In this document: piece after piece, positions 1-8,987 of the stretch | Position numbering within the stretch: the stretch's first letter is position 1 | Layout: every line of letters starts with the position of its first letter | Source of the DNA: a virus | Virus record (IMG/VR): IMGVR_UViG_3300029985_000017 | Span: 32,001 to 96,000 of that record | Strand: one strand, 5' to 3' | Length of the DNA stretch: 64,000 bases | Notes under the pieces: generated by a model | What the model was told of the DNA's origin: nothing | The model's database searches: none | The model's input: the letters and a program-made list of their open reading frames with translations, nothing else | Made by a program: the position numbers and the translations under genes

Positions 1-1
1 T

Positions 2-1021
2 CACCATAATGAATTTCACCAGCATTTAGGAAATGCCATCACAAATAACTCTAAAGTTAAAGAGTTTGTCCATCATTATCAACCCCATGAATATTCTAAA
101 ATGAAAACTTTTTTACATCCTGATAAAAAAAGCGGATTTGCAGTTAAACCAGATGGAGATATAGTTAGTGTATTCAGTACCGAAAAGGGTCGGGGAGATC
201 AAATTGTACAGCATGCAGTTAAAGCGGGTGGCAATAAATTAGATGCTTTTGATGGCTATTTACCTAAACTGTATGCTAAACATGGATTTAAAGAAACACA
301 CAGAGAAAAGAATTGGACTCCTGGTGGTCCTGATGTAGTTTATATGAAATTGCACCACAATGATATTAAAAAATCTGAAGAAAGTTCTATTATTAAAAAT
401 AAATATAATGAAAAATTGAATAAATCAGAAAAACAAATTAATCCCGGTGATTATGGTAATGTAAAACCTCATATTGGTCATAAAGAAATGAAAAATATGG
501 GTAGAAACTATAAAACTCTAGATTTCCATCCAAAACAAAGCATCCTTCATAGAAAACATTCAGAAGCGGCTAAAACAAAAGGTGATCATAATTTATCAGA
601 AAAACATGCCAAAATGGCTCAAATGCACGATCATTATGACACAGCCAATCATTTTGGACCACATTCAACAGAACATTATAATGATAGAAGAAATGCTTTA
701 AAAGAACATACAGATAAAGCCAAAAAACTTCATATAGAATTGAGTAAATCTGAATTTTTTCAGAAATCTGAAGCTCTTTTTTCTATTATCGTCAAAGAAA
801 CTATCTCTTTAAATCCAGATTTATTTGAGCACAAAAAAGCACTTAGACTTAATGGTGAAGATTTTACACATTATCTTCAAGACAATCCTGATCTTAAAGA
901 AATAGCTTTAAAAAAGCATGAAGATCGCGCTAAACATCATTTTGGAGATGATCTTATTTTAATCAATGTAGCTTTGAAAAAAGGTATTCAAGAAGCATAT
1001 AAGGCAAAAAGAGGAAAATAA
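2..1021 (+). CDS. 5'-truncated putative head-packaged polyvalent protein with GNAT-like domain and His/Lys-rich cassette
   Basis: Frame is open from position 2 (HHNEFHQHLG...) through the 101 ATG. DGDIVSVFS...GGNKLDAFDGYLPKLYAKHGFKE resembles GNAT domains of phage polyvalent proteins. Four xKSE motifs. Confidence 0.55.
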   Translation, partial: HHNEFHQHLGNAITNNSKVKEFVHHYQPHEYSKMKTFLHPDKKSGFAVKPDGDIVSVFSTEKGRGDQIVQHAVKAGGNKLDAFDGYLPKLYAKHGFKETHREKNWTPGGPDVVYMKLHHNDIKKSEESSIIKNKYNEKLNKSEKQINPGDYGNVKPHIGHKEMKNMGRNYKTLDFHPKQSILHRKHSEAAKTKGDHNLSEKHAKMAQMHDHYDTANHFGPHSTEHYNDRRNALKEHTDKAKKLHIELSKSEFFQKSEALFSIIVKETISLNPDLFEHKKALRLNGEDFTHYLQDNPDLKEIALKKHEDRAKHHFGDDLILINVALKKGIQEAYKAKRGK

Positions 1022-1022
1022 T

Positions 1023-1505
1023 ATGAATTTACAGCCAGACGATATTGATCAAATCGAAGATGCCGGTATCCTTGATGGAAGACCAGTCAAACTCGCAAGA
1101 ACAAAAGGCGGATTCTGGATGGGCATCTGCAATGGTAAAGTTCTATCAGGTGGCTCTCATCCAGCTATTGTAAAACATACAATTTCTAAAATGCATCCAA
1201 ACTTTCAACCTGTAATGTGTAAATCTGAAGCGTTCTCAGATGCCATTGTAGAAAGACATTCTCATTTTCTTTCAGATGACTTGCGCAAATCTGGGCACGA
1301 TATTTATTCTATTCAAAATGCTCAAGATATTGAATTTCAGATCACTAAAAATAATCTAAAAATATCCTCTGTTTTTGGTGTTATTCAAGACGAGTCTTTA
1401 ATTATTAAAGAAATTAACTTTCCGAAACAATTCTCCAGAGCTATGGCTGGAGCAACCACTGAAAAAGCTTTAAGCTGTAACAGTAAGAGTATTAAGGTCA
1501 AATAA
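1023..1505 (+). CDS. hypothetical virion-cluster protein
   Basis: 160-aa ORF, SD GAGG, tightly coupled to neighbours; contains MCKSE motif. Confidence 0.6.
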   Translation: MNLQPDDIDQIEDAGILDGRPVKLARTKGGFWMGICNGKVLSGGSHPAIVKHTISKMHPNFQPVMCKSEAFSDAIVERHSHFLSDDLRKSGHDIYSIQNAQDIEFQITKNNLKISSVFGVIQDESLIIKEINFPKQFSRAMAGATTEKALSCNSKSIKVK

Positions 1506-1506
1506 T

Positions 1507-1698
1507 ATGAGTGCAGAATCAACAAATAAAAAAGTCATTGATGTTAAAATCTTCAAAAAAAACAAGAAGATAAAAAAAGATGAAGCGGTAGATGATATAA
1601 TAAATAAGTTGGTTCTATTGCATAAATCCGCTGATGATGGATTGAAAGAATTGGCTCAAATGTGTTGCTGCGAGGATAAAGACGAAGATGGCAGATAA
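1507..1698 (+). CDS. small hypothetical protein
   Basis: 63-aa ORF filling the gap between coupled genes. Confidence 0.5.
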   Translation: MSAESTNKKVIDVKIFKKNKKIKKDEAVDDIINKLVLLHKSADDGLKELAQMCCCEDKDEDGR

Positions 1699-2713
1699 AA
1701 AACCGGAAGGCTCACAGCTTCCTACTATCATACCTTTTGCACCTTACGTTCAAGAATCTTTTGATTTGAATCGTTCGGATGCCTTTGTTAAAAGCCTTGG
1801 CACGGAATTTGTACATTGGAAAGCCACTCCCAGCCCAATTGGACTAAATGATCGTGGGGACTACCGTAGAAATAATGAAGTTGATGTAATCACCTCAAAT
1901 GGCTATGTTTATAGCCTCGGCGGTAAACTCACAGGCACAATGACAAATAATCAAAAAGATCAGGTTAGGCCTTCTGAGGGCGCTTTAATTGACGCCTCGA
2001 CTGCCTACTTGGTTCTGCCTAGATTTTATGATGATGCTTCTGACGCCCCATTCAATGGAAATGGATCATCTGGAAGTGGTAATTGCAATGATTGCTCAAG
2101 TGAAACAAATAAGATGGGTGGCTGCGAAGACGACGCGGGAGCTTTATCCAAAAAAAGAATCTATTTGACTCCAGGCGACAGGCTCTATCATGGCGATAAG
2201 CAAGCTAATGATCTTGTTGTCAATAAAGAATTAATGACCTTTTCTTATGATAGCGCTAATGTTCCAATGTATCCGATAGTTCAAATGGACGCACCTTTGA
2301 TTGATTCCAGGGGCATTAGATATACTCAAGGAACTGATTACAATATAGATTGTAGTGGGAATATACTTTGGACTCTTGGAGCAGCTAACCCCGGCATAGA
2401 TCCCAATACTGGCGAGGGTAGAACTTATAGTATCAGGTATCTATATCGTGCTTTTTATTATGTAAGTCGCATACTTAGAGAAGTTAGAATCACCGATGTT
2501 ACGGTTGGCAATGTAAGAAAATCTGAAAGAATGCCATATTATGTGGAGGTAGTCCGAGAATATTTATTCCATAATATTAATAAAGGCGATTTGACCAATC
2601 CTCCAGCTTCTCCTGCAGTAGCTAATAGACAAACAGTACAACCCACAGAAACTATTGAAATAAATCAGGGTATAGTTCGCGTGGAAACTACGGATATTTT
2701 AAACGATAATTAA
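1688..2713 (+). CDS. putative neck/head-closure virion structural protein
   Basis: 341 aa, beta-rich (GTDYNID..G.I.W...YSIRY), located upstream of tail completion and sheath genes. Confidence 0.45.
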   Translation: MADKKPEGSQLPTIIPFAPYVQESFDLNRSDAFVKSLGTEFVHWKATPSPIGLNDRGDYRRNNEVDVITSNGYVYSLGGKLTGTMTNNQKDQVRPSEGALIDASTAYLVLPRFYDDASDAPFNGNGSSGSGNCNDCSSETNKMGGCEDDAGALSKKRIYLTPGDRLYHGDKQANDLVVNKELMTFSYDSANVPMYPIVQMDAPLIDSRGIRYTQGTDYNIDCSGNILWTLGAANPGIDPNTGEGRTYSIRYLYRAFYYVSRILREVRITDVTVGNVRKSERMPYYVEVVREYLFHNINKGDLTNPPASPAVANRQTVQPTETIEINQGIVRVETTDILNDN

Positions 2714-2720
2714 GACGAGT

Positions 2721-2728
2721 AATCTTTA
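2721..2728 (+). promoter_or_regulatory. putative late promoter motif AATCTTTA
   Basis: Same octamer lies upstream of seven genes, six of them structural or lysis (2721, 8501, 8959, 15530, 21423; minus strand 24094, 60457). Confidence 0.55.
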
Positions 2729-2755
2729 AGAAAAGATAAGGAAAAACGGTGACTT

Positions 2756-3247
2756 ATGGCTAATCCAAGCAATCCAATCATGAAACGTAACTTCCCTGGC
2801 AATAAAACCCAGGATCCAGGCGCGATTGATATGCTTCAATATAATAATGCTGCCGGAGCACGCAAATCCATGAACATGGGTCAGCATTTGTTGCCTCTCG
2901 CGGTTCCAGGAGTTGGAAACGGATATACCACCAATGCTTCTTCGGCTCCATACGCTCTTCCAGGTGCTGGTAAATCTGTTGCTGTATATAACAACTCCGG
3001 CTCTATGGGGGCTATCGTTCTTGGAACAAGCAGTTCAATTACCGCTTTGTCTGCAGGGGCTACAGATTCAAATGGAAATGTTGGCCTTCCATGCCCACCT
3101 AATTCTTGGACTACCTTTGCCTCTGGTTATGCTAATTGGATAATTACTAGTGCCTCTACCCTTCTTGTATTTTTAGTAAATGATGAAACTAGTATCACTC
3201 CAGTAGCTAATCCATTAGTTAGTAACCCTAATTTTCCTAATTTGTAA
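2756..3247 (+). CDS. putative virion structural protein
   Basis: 163 aa, Gly/Ser/Thr/Asn-rich beta composition, behind AATCTTTA motif and AAGGA SD. Confidence 0.55.
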   Translation: MANPSNPIMKRNFPGNKTQDPGAIDMLQYNNAAGARKSMNMGQHLLPLAVPGVGNGYTTNASSAPYALPGAGKSVAVYNNSGSMGAIVLGTSSSITALSAGATDSNGNVGLPCPPNSWTTFASGYANWIITSASTLLVFLVNDETSITPVANPLVSNPNFPNL

Positions 3248-3250
3248 TAT

Positions 3251-4180
3251 ATGAAAAAGAATGCTAAGACCTTCCTAGATAAAACTTTAGGAAGTGACTT
3301 TTTAGAGTCGCTTGGCACTTCTTTGTCAAAATCTGAAGTATATAAACAAGGTACTAGAACTGTTACAGATACAGATGATCTATTCCAAGGTTTGCAAATT
3401 GTACCTAGGGCATTGTTGAGTTTATTGGTTCGTGAATTATCCCCCATGCAAATTGGGGAAACTAAAGAAATTAGAATTCCTGGAAAAGAAGACACTATAG
3501 TTTCAGCTACAAAACATGAACGTGATTCATATTCTGGACAAGTAATACAAAATAATGTTAAAATAAATGATTTTTTGCATCGCTCACTACCTGGTCTTGG
3601 ATTAGTCTTAATGACCATGCTAGAATTGTATGATTTTGAAGATCTTGAAAAAAAGCCTTCTATTCATCAAGATAAACAAGCACAAGTTCAAAAAATAATT
3701 GACGATCGAATGCAACTCCATTCCCTTGTTAATCAGGTTGTAGATGGTAAAATGCTACAACGTGACGCCATAAATCAGTTACTTATGAGTAAATTGACAC
3801 AATTATTGCATGAACATGAACAAATTAAAGAAGACCATAAAGAAATTATGGCTGAAGCACCTAAAGAAAAGTCTCCAGTAGTTATAGTTTTAAAACCACA
3901 AAAAAAGTCTCTACCTCTTGCCAGTTTCGTAGAAAATAGAAAAAAGAAATTAACAAAGAAAGAATTTTTGGTAGATATTTGTAAGGGAGAAACAAGAGAA
4001 TGCCCAGATTGTGGGCATACTGTTTTTGATGGTTCCGGCCTCTCAAGCTGCATATGTTTTGGCGACTCTAAAAAAGTTTTCTTAAAAAAGACTGAAACTG
4101 GCATTAAGTTATCTTTTAGCCGCCAATGGGATGCAGAGAATATCTCTATGCTATTAGAAGTCTTGAGGAGCAAGTCATGA
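3251..4180 (+). CDS. hypothetical head-associated protein with C-terminal Zn ribbon
   Basis: CPDCG...CIC motif; LSKSE and ICKGE motifs. Confidence 0.55.
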   Translation: MKKNAKTFLDKTLGSDFLESLGTSLSKSEVYKQGTRTVTDTDDLFQGLQIVPRALLSLLVRELSPMQIGETKEIRIPGKEDTIVSATKHERDSYSGQVIQNNVKINDFLHRSLPGLGLVLMTMLELYDFEDLEKKPSIHQDKQAQVQKIIDDRMQLHSLVNQVVDGKMLQRDAINQLLMSKLTQLLHEHEQIKEDHKEIMAEAPKEKSPVVIVLKPQKKSLPLASFVENRKKKLTKKEFLVDICKGETRECPDCGHTVFDGSGLSSCICFGDSKKVFLKKTETGIKLSFSRQWDAENISMLLEVLRSKS

Positions 4181-4677
4181 AAACTTGCAAAACCTGTAAA
4201 TTAGAAAAAGAAGATAGTTCTTATAGAATTTCTAAAAAAACAAAGAAACTTTTAAATCCTTGTTTTGACTGTAGAAAAAACATAAAAGAAGAATATAACA
4301 AAACTCATTTAGAAATTAATAATGCGACAAAAGATGCTTGGAAATTAAGAAATATAGATAAAGTAAGAGCCGCGAAAAAAAAATGGAAAGAAGAAAATAT
4401 AGGGAAAGTAAAAGCCGATAGGGCACGTAGAAAATTTCGCATAGAACAGGCAACACCTAAATGGCTTAGTTCTCAACAAATAGAAGCCATGGAATTCTTT
4501 TATTTATGGGCTGATCTTAGAAGTAAAAGCGGTGTAAAATATCATGTAGATCATATTATACCCATAGCAGGAAAAGATGTTTGCGGTCTCAATGTACCGT
4601 GGAATTTAGAAACTCTTAAAGAAGAAGAAAATCTTAAAAAAAGAAATAAATTGCTTTGGTGGAGGACAAATGGATAA
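4177..4677 (+). CDS. HNH homing endonuclease
   Basis: N-terminal CKTC...CFDC; YHVDHIIPIAGKDVCGLNVPWNL...ENLKK HNH signature; ATG 4177 after GAGGAG, ATGA overlap. Confidence 0.85.
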   Translation: MKTCKTCKLEKEDSSYRISKKTKKLLNPCFDCRKNIKEEYNKTHLEINNATKDAWKLRNIDKVRAAKKKWKEENIGKVKADRARRKFRIEQATPKWLSSQQIEAMEFFYLWADLRSKSGVKYHVDHIIPIAGKDVCGLNVPWNLETLKEEENLKKRNKLLWWRTNG

Positions 4678-6376
4678 TTCTAATACGTTCTTCGTATCTT
4701 TCGATGCAGATGACGCTGGCAGAAGAATAGGGCAAGCTATTTTAAATGATGACCCAGATTCTCTTAGGGATGCTTCACAAAAAATAGATCACGGTAACGA
4801 AATCGTAGCACAATGGGCACAAAAATATAATGGCGTACAGTACTCCTCTGGAGGAGATCAGGGTGTATGGTTAGTTCCAGTTGAAGCATTGCAGGAACTA
4901 GAATCCCTACGTAAAGACTATGAATTTGCTACTGGAATGACCATTTCAATAGGTGTTGCTGATACTCTTAGTGGCTCAGGAAGAAGTTTATTAGTCGCTA
5001 AAGTTAAAGGTAAAAACCAAATAGTTTTTTATGGTCCAGAAATAGAAAAAGAAATTCAACAAATTACTGAGAATGTTAGATCTGGACACGGTTCTTCAGA
5101 GGAACAAAAATTAGCAGAATCATATATAGAACCTACTCAGCATTCAGAGGCTTCCGATGATGATGAAGGCGTTGGACATGACCAAGTTCTTCCTACCGGT
5201 GCCGATGCTGCTCAAAATGAGCCTACTTTGTGTGAACCACCAAAAGACGATAATAATCGCGGCTATGATTCTGGATATAAAAATTCCGATGTAGAAGAGC
5301 GTAGGGATTCATATCAAGCTCAAGATCTAACGCCTCCTATTATTAGGAAACCAAACCTTACTCCTAAGCCTCGAGTGGAAGAAAGTTTTTCAACCGATAT
5401 ACCTGAAAGCGATAGAGTTATGAATAATGACCTACCTGATCCAAAAGATATGCCAGCAAAAGACTTAAAACCAGCCCCAAAAGACTATCATGGACAAGCG
5501 GAAGGTGCTCCCCCAGCTCCAGAAGGTTTGGCACAACCTATGCAAGGTAAGCCTAGCGACCTTAAATATAATGGCAATGACGAAAAGGGAATTCAAGAAC
5601 CCGACATGCCTAGGGAAAATGCTACTACGGATGAAGCCGAACAAACCGAAGAAAGTGATATGCTGGGAGATGATAAACATTGCCCTAGCTGCACCTGTGG
5701 CGCTCATGGGGATTCTGCAGAAGACACTTTAGATCAACACGTAGACAATGCTCAAGATTTCGCAGACGCTATTGGCAATGAACAAGAAGAAGATAGTGCT
5801 GAAGACACACTAGATGCTCATGTTAGTAATGCTAGCGAAATGAATGATGACATGGATGAAAACGGTGTTAGTCGTCCTGCTGATTACGATCAAAGAAATG
5901 AAGATATGGGTCTATCAGAAGAAGATGCTGATGACTCTAATTTAAACGACGTATTTAAAGATGGTTTAGATGCTCATGCAGACAGTATTCAACGTGAAAA
6001 AGTTGTTAATATGGTTGGTGAAGCTCTAGAAGCTTTCAAAGGCCAGAAAGCCATATTGGACAAAGCTAAAGCACAAGCCCCAGAACTTTATGATGCTTGT
6101 ATAGCCATGCTAAGAAGTATGATCGAACTTTGCTCGTTAGCTGGTATTGATGAAGGTCAAGCTGAGCAAGAAGTAAACGAAATCGAAGGCCAAAGTAAAG
6201 CTCCCGAAGAAGCTTCTGGTGAAGAAGGCGAAGGGTTTATACCTGAATCTGAAGATAATGGAGCTGAATCTGAAGAAGCCCCTGAATCAGAAGAAGGCGA
6301 ATCATGCCCTACTTGCGGAACACCACATGAAAAAGAAGCAGCTCCAGGAGGGGCTGCTCCATTCCCAAAAAAGTAA
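4670..6376 (+). CDS. mCpol (minimal CRISPR polymerase/GGDEF-like palm) domain fused to long acidic region
   Basis: aa 7-121: FVSFDADDAGRRI...SSGGDQ...TISIGV...LLVAKVKGKNQI follows the mCpol pattern (hDGDDhG...GGD...TxSxGhG...AL..AK..GKN). Remainder is acidic and low-complexity with CxxC motifs. Confidence 0.7.
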   Translation: MDNSNTFFVSFDADDAGRRIGQAILNDDPDSLRDASQKIDHGNEIVAQWAQKYNGVQYSSGGDQGVWLVPVEALQELESLRKDYEFATGMTISIGVADTLSGSGRSLLVAKVKGKNQIVFYGPEIEKEIQQITENVRSGHGSSEEQKLAESYIEPTQHSEASDDDEGVGHDQVLPTGADAAQNEPTLCEPPKDDNNRGYDSGYKNSDVEERRDSYQAQDLTPPIIRKPNLTPKPRVEESFSTDIPESDRVMNNDLPDPKDMPAKDLKPAPKDYHGQAEGAPPAPEGLAQPMQGKPSDLKYNGNDEKGIQEPDMPRENATTDEAEQTEESDMLGDDKHCPSCTCGAHGDSAEDTLDQHVDNAQDFADAIGNEQEEDSAEDTLDAHVSNASEMNDDMDENGVSRPADYDQRNEDMGLSEEDADDSNLNDVFKDGLDAHADSIQREKVVNMVGEALEAFKGQKAILDKAKAQAPELYDACIAMLRSMIELCSLAGIDEGQAEQEVNEIEGQSKAPEEASGEEGEGFIPESEDNGAESEEAPESEEGESCPTCGTPHEKEAAPGGAAPFPKK

Positions 6377-6403
6377 CGCCAGGGTCTGAAGAGGCTGCTG
6401 GCG
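6346..6403 (+). promoter_or_regulatory. programmed -1 ribosomal frameshift signal
   Basis: AGGAGG 6346-6351; in-frame slippery A_AAA_AAG 6367-6373 directly before TAA; hairpin CGCCAG(6377-82)/CTGGCG(6398-6403); -1 frame is open into ORF 6409-6597. Confidence 0.75.
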
Positions 6404-6597
6404 GCGGCGTGGGATCAATAAAAAAGTTACCTACTAAGAATAGTACCCCACATATTGCCAAAGAAACTACGCCAGTTGGTGGAATTAATGCTAAGGGCCA
6501 AAAACGTTATAAAGATCCTACAACTGGTAAGGACGCCTATATCAACATGAAAAATGGTATGGTAATGGGACCTAGGGGTATTCCTGTTAAGGGCTAA
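6373..6597 (+). CDS. 74-aa C-terminal extension of the mCpol protein reached by -1 frameshift (tracked ORF 6409-6597)
   Basis: VTPGSEEAAGGGVGSIKKLP... is continuous in the -1 frame; GTG 6409 has no convincing SD. Confidence 0.65.
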   Translation, partial: VTPGSEEAAGGGVGSIKKLPTKNSTPHIAKETTPVGGINAKGQKRYKDPTTGKDAYINMKNGMVMGPRGIPVKG

Positions 6598-6598
6598 T

Positions 6599-7465
6599 AT
6601 GATTAATATCAAATTAGATCCTTCATCACTTTTAGAAGCATGTAAAGAATCTTACAATGAAGTTAAGAAAGCCTTAACCAAATCTGTGACTAAACTTGCT
6701 AGTGCTGCAGAGACCCATTTGATCGAATTAACAAAAGAAGAATTAAATTCTCATCAATATAAAATGTTTGTGGGTGGAGACGATATGAAAAATATCGAAT
6801 TAACATCGCCAGATCCAAATGTTCATATTCTAACCATTAAAAATAAAGCGGTTCTTATAGATAATGGCGAAAGAATGGACATGAAAACCGATGATTGGCT
6901 TTTTAGTAGCTCCAAAACTAAAACTGGTAAAAAGGGTAAATATTTAGTTATTCCTTTTCAGCATGCTGAAAAAAATTCTAAATCTGAATCTGCAACTAAT
7001 AGACTTAAAATAGAACTTACCAATAGAATAAAAGAAGAACTAGATTTTCAAAATAGAAAAAGAAAAGCTAAAAAGCAACGCTCTATAAGCGTTGGTGGAA
7101 TAGAACGTTACCAAGAAGACTCTATGGGTCACAAAAAAGGCGAAATCATAGAAGGTAAACTTCATGAGTTTAACATCTTTGGCAGCAAGAAAAAGTCTCA
7201 TTGGTCAGATATGCCTTTAACCAGAGTAGGTGTTTATCAAAAGATAAAAAGAGATGATCAAGGAAATCCTGTCACGGATAAAAATGGCAAAGTAAAAGCT
7301 ATTCGTTCTTGGATGACCTTTAGAACTGCTTCAGAAGGGTCCCCAGATAAATTTTGGTATCCAGCACCTAAAACCAAAGATTTTTTAGCTAGAACTGGTG
7401 ATTGGGTTGAAAAAGAATTTTATGAAAACATAGTCCCAAATATCTTAAAAGAGTGGAAGGACTAA
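6599..7465 (+). CDS. putative neck/tail-completion protein
   Basis: 288 aa, basic; KYLVIPF...WMTFRTASE...FWYP pattern seen in myovirus neck proteins; position before sheath. Confidence 0.45.
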   Translation: MINIKLDPSSLLEACKESYNEVKKALTKSVTKLASAAETHLIELTKEELNSHQYKMFVGGDDMKNIELTSPDPNVHILTIKNKAVLIDNGERMDMKTDDWLFSSSKTKTGKKGKYLVIPFQHAEKNSKSESATNRLKIELTNRIKEELDFQNRKRKAKKQRSISVGGIERYQEDSMGHKKGEIIEGKLHEFNIFGSKKKSHWSDMPLTRVGVYQKIKRDDQGNPVTDKNGKVKAIRSWMTFRTASEGSPDKFWYPAPKTKDFLARTGDWVEKEFYENIVPNILKEWKD

Positions 7466-7468
7466 TTT

Positions 7469-8497
7469 ATGGGCGGTATATTTCAAACAGATGTTTTATT
7501 AAAAACGATATTAGAAGAATGGTTAGAAGACATTAAAAATAATCTATGGCTTTTAGATCATATTTTAGAAGATTTTGTTGATAGTCCATTACTTAGAACT
7601 AAATATGGACAAAAACAAATTCAGGCTGCTAAAGAGTACTTTACCAACAATAATGTAAATATATTTAATCAATTTGTTAAAGATAAAGATAAATTTCCAT
7701 GCATAGTATTAACTCTAGGCTCTTCAAATGAAGTTCAAGAGATGCGTACACTTGGAGATATAGATACACCTACAATTAATTTTTTACCACCAAATCTGGT
7801 GGGACAGAAGATACCTTATGTAGTTCCTCCATTTATTCCTTCTAGCTACGAGGCATCTACCGGTATAGTAACAGCCCCCATTGGTGTGGATATAGAGCCA
7901 GTGACTGCAGGCATGATTTTACTCAACCCAACTACTGGAACGGGTACTCCAGTTTTAAGTATTAATGGCCAAGAAATTTATGTTCAACCAAATGTACAAT
8001 TGGATACTAGTCAACTTGGAGTTGTACCACAGTACAGATTTTTCCAATCTAGACTAGGAAGAAGTTTCTTCGAAGAAAACTGGAATATTACGATCGCCAC
8101 AAATGATCCCCAATCTCTTCTATGGCTGTGGTCAATCGTGACCTATGGACTTTTAAGATATAGGGAGTACATGGAGCACAATGGGTTATTAGAAACACAT
8201 TTTAATAGTACAGATATTTTTAATCCCGAATTCTCTAATGCTGGTGCGGAAGAAATTTATTGTCGTCAAATAACCATGGCTGGCAAAGTATACAATAACT
8301 TTATCAGAGGACTGCATAGAAAAATTGAATCGGTAATACTTAGAGATACTAATCCTGCAGCCATCACTTTATCGGATCCATCAGGTTATGTAGGCGGAAT
8401 TAAATTCGTTTCAAATCAAGAGACTCCACCTGCACAGCAGAATCAAACTAATTGGTTTACCGTAACTCAAGCTGAAGATGAGGCAAATGAAGATTAA
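7469..8497 (+). CDS. putative tail terminator/tail-completion protein
   Basis: 342 aa; FPCIVLTL strand and synteny upstream of sheath. Confidence 0.45.
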   Translation: MGGIFQTDVLLKTILEEWLEDIKNNLWLLDHILEDFVDSPLLRTKYGQKQIQAAKEYFTNNNVNIFNQFVKDKDKFPCIVLTLGSSNEVQEMRTLGDIDTPTINFLPPNLVGQKIPYVVPPFIPSSYEASTGIVTAPIGVDIEPVTAGMILLNPTTGTGTPVLSINGQEIYVQPNVQLDTSQLGVVPQYRFFQSRLGRSFFEENWNITIATNDPQSLLWLWSIVTYGLLRYREYMEHNGLLETHFNSTDIFNPEFSNAGAEEIYCRQITMAGKVYNNFIRGLHRKIESVILRDTNPAAITLSDPSGYVGGIKFVSNQETPPAQQNQTNWFTVTQAEDEANED

Positions 8498-8500
8498 ATC

Positions 8501-8508
8501 AATCTTTA
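8501..8508 (+). promoter_or_regulatory. putative late promoter motif AATCTTTA
   Basis: 9 nt before ATG 8518, no SD. Confidence 0.5.
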
Positions 8509-8517
8509 TCTATATCT

Positions 8518-8919
8518 ATGCCATATAAATCAGATTCACAGCGCAGATGGGCTCACACCGAAGCAGGTAAAAAAGCTTTAGGCGGTGAGGCCAATGTACA
8601 TGAATGGGATGAGGCCACTAAAGGCAAAAAACTCCCTGAAAAAGTCAAAAAATCTGAAAATCTTACAAAATCCGTGCCAACTCCCCCAAAACTAGGCTCT
8701 ACCCTTGGTTCTACTTTAAGTGCTCCCCAAAATCAACCAAAAGATATTTCTAAGGCCGGTAAGCAAAACGTAACCGCTAAAATATCTAAGCCCAAAAAGC
8801 CAGGTGACGCTTTTGCTCCTCCCAGTGTCTTTTTTGGTAAATCCGAAGATTTTAATGGTCCTAAACACCCAAGTACGCGAAGACTATGGGATTTTATAAC
8901 AAAAAAACATAAAAAGTAA
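8518..8919 (+). CDS. small basic head-associated protein (MPYKS.SQRR N-terminus)
   Basis: MPYKSDSQRRWAH N-terminal motif common in small phage virion-cluster proteins; VKKSE, LTKSV and FGKSE motifs. Confidence 0.55.
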   Translation: MPYKSDSQRRWAHTEAGKKALGGEANVHEWDEATKGKKLPEKVKKSENLTKSVPTPPKLGSTLGSTLSAPQNQPKDISKAGKQNVTAKISKPKKPGDAFAPPSVFFGKSEDFNGPKHPSTRRLWDFITKKHKK

Positions 8920-8958
8920 TAAAATCAATAAGTTAAAGGGTATAAAAAAATCAGAACT

Positions 8959-8966
8959 AATCTTTA
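8959..8966 (+). promoter_or_regulatory. putative late promoter motif AATCTTTA
   Basis: Intergenic, upstream of GGGAG SD and ATG 8988. Confidence 0.55.
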
Positions 8967-8987
8967 AGAAGACAGGGAGTTCCTTTT

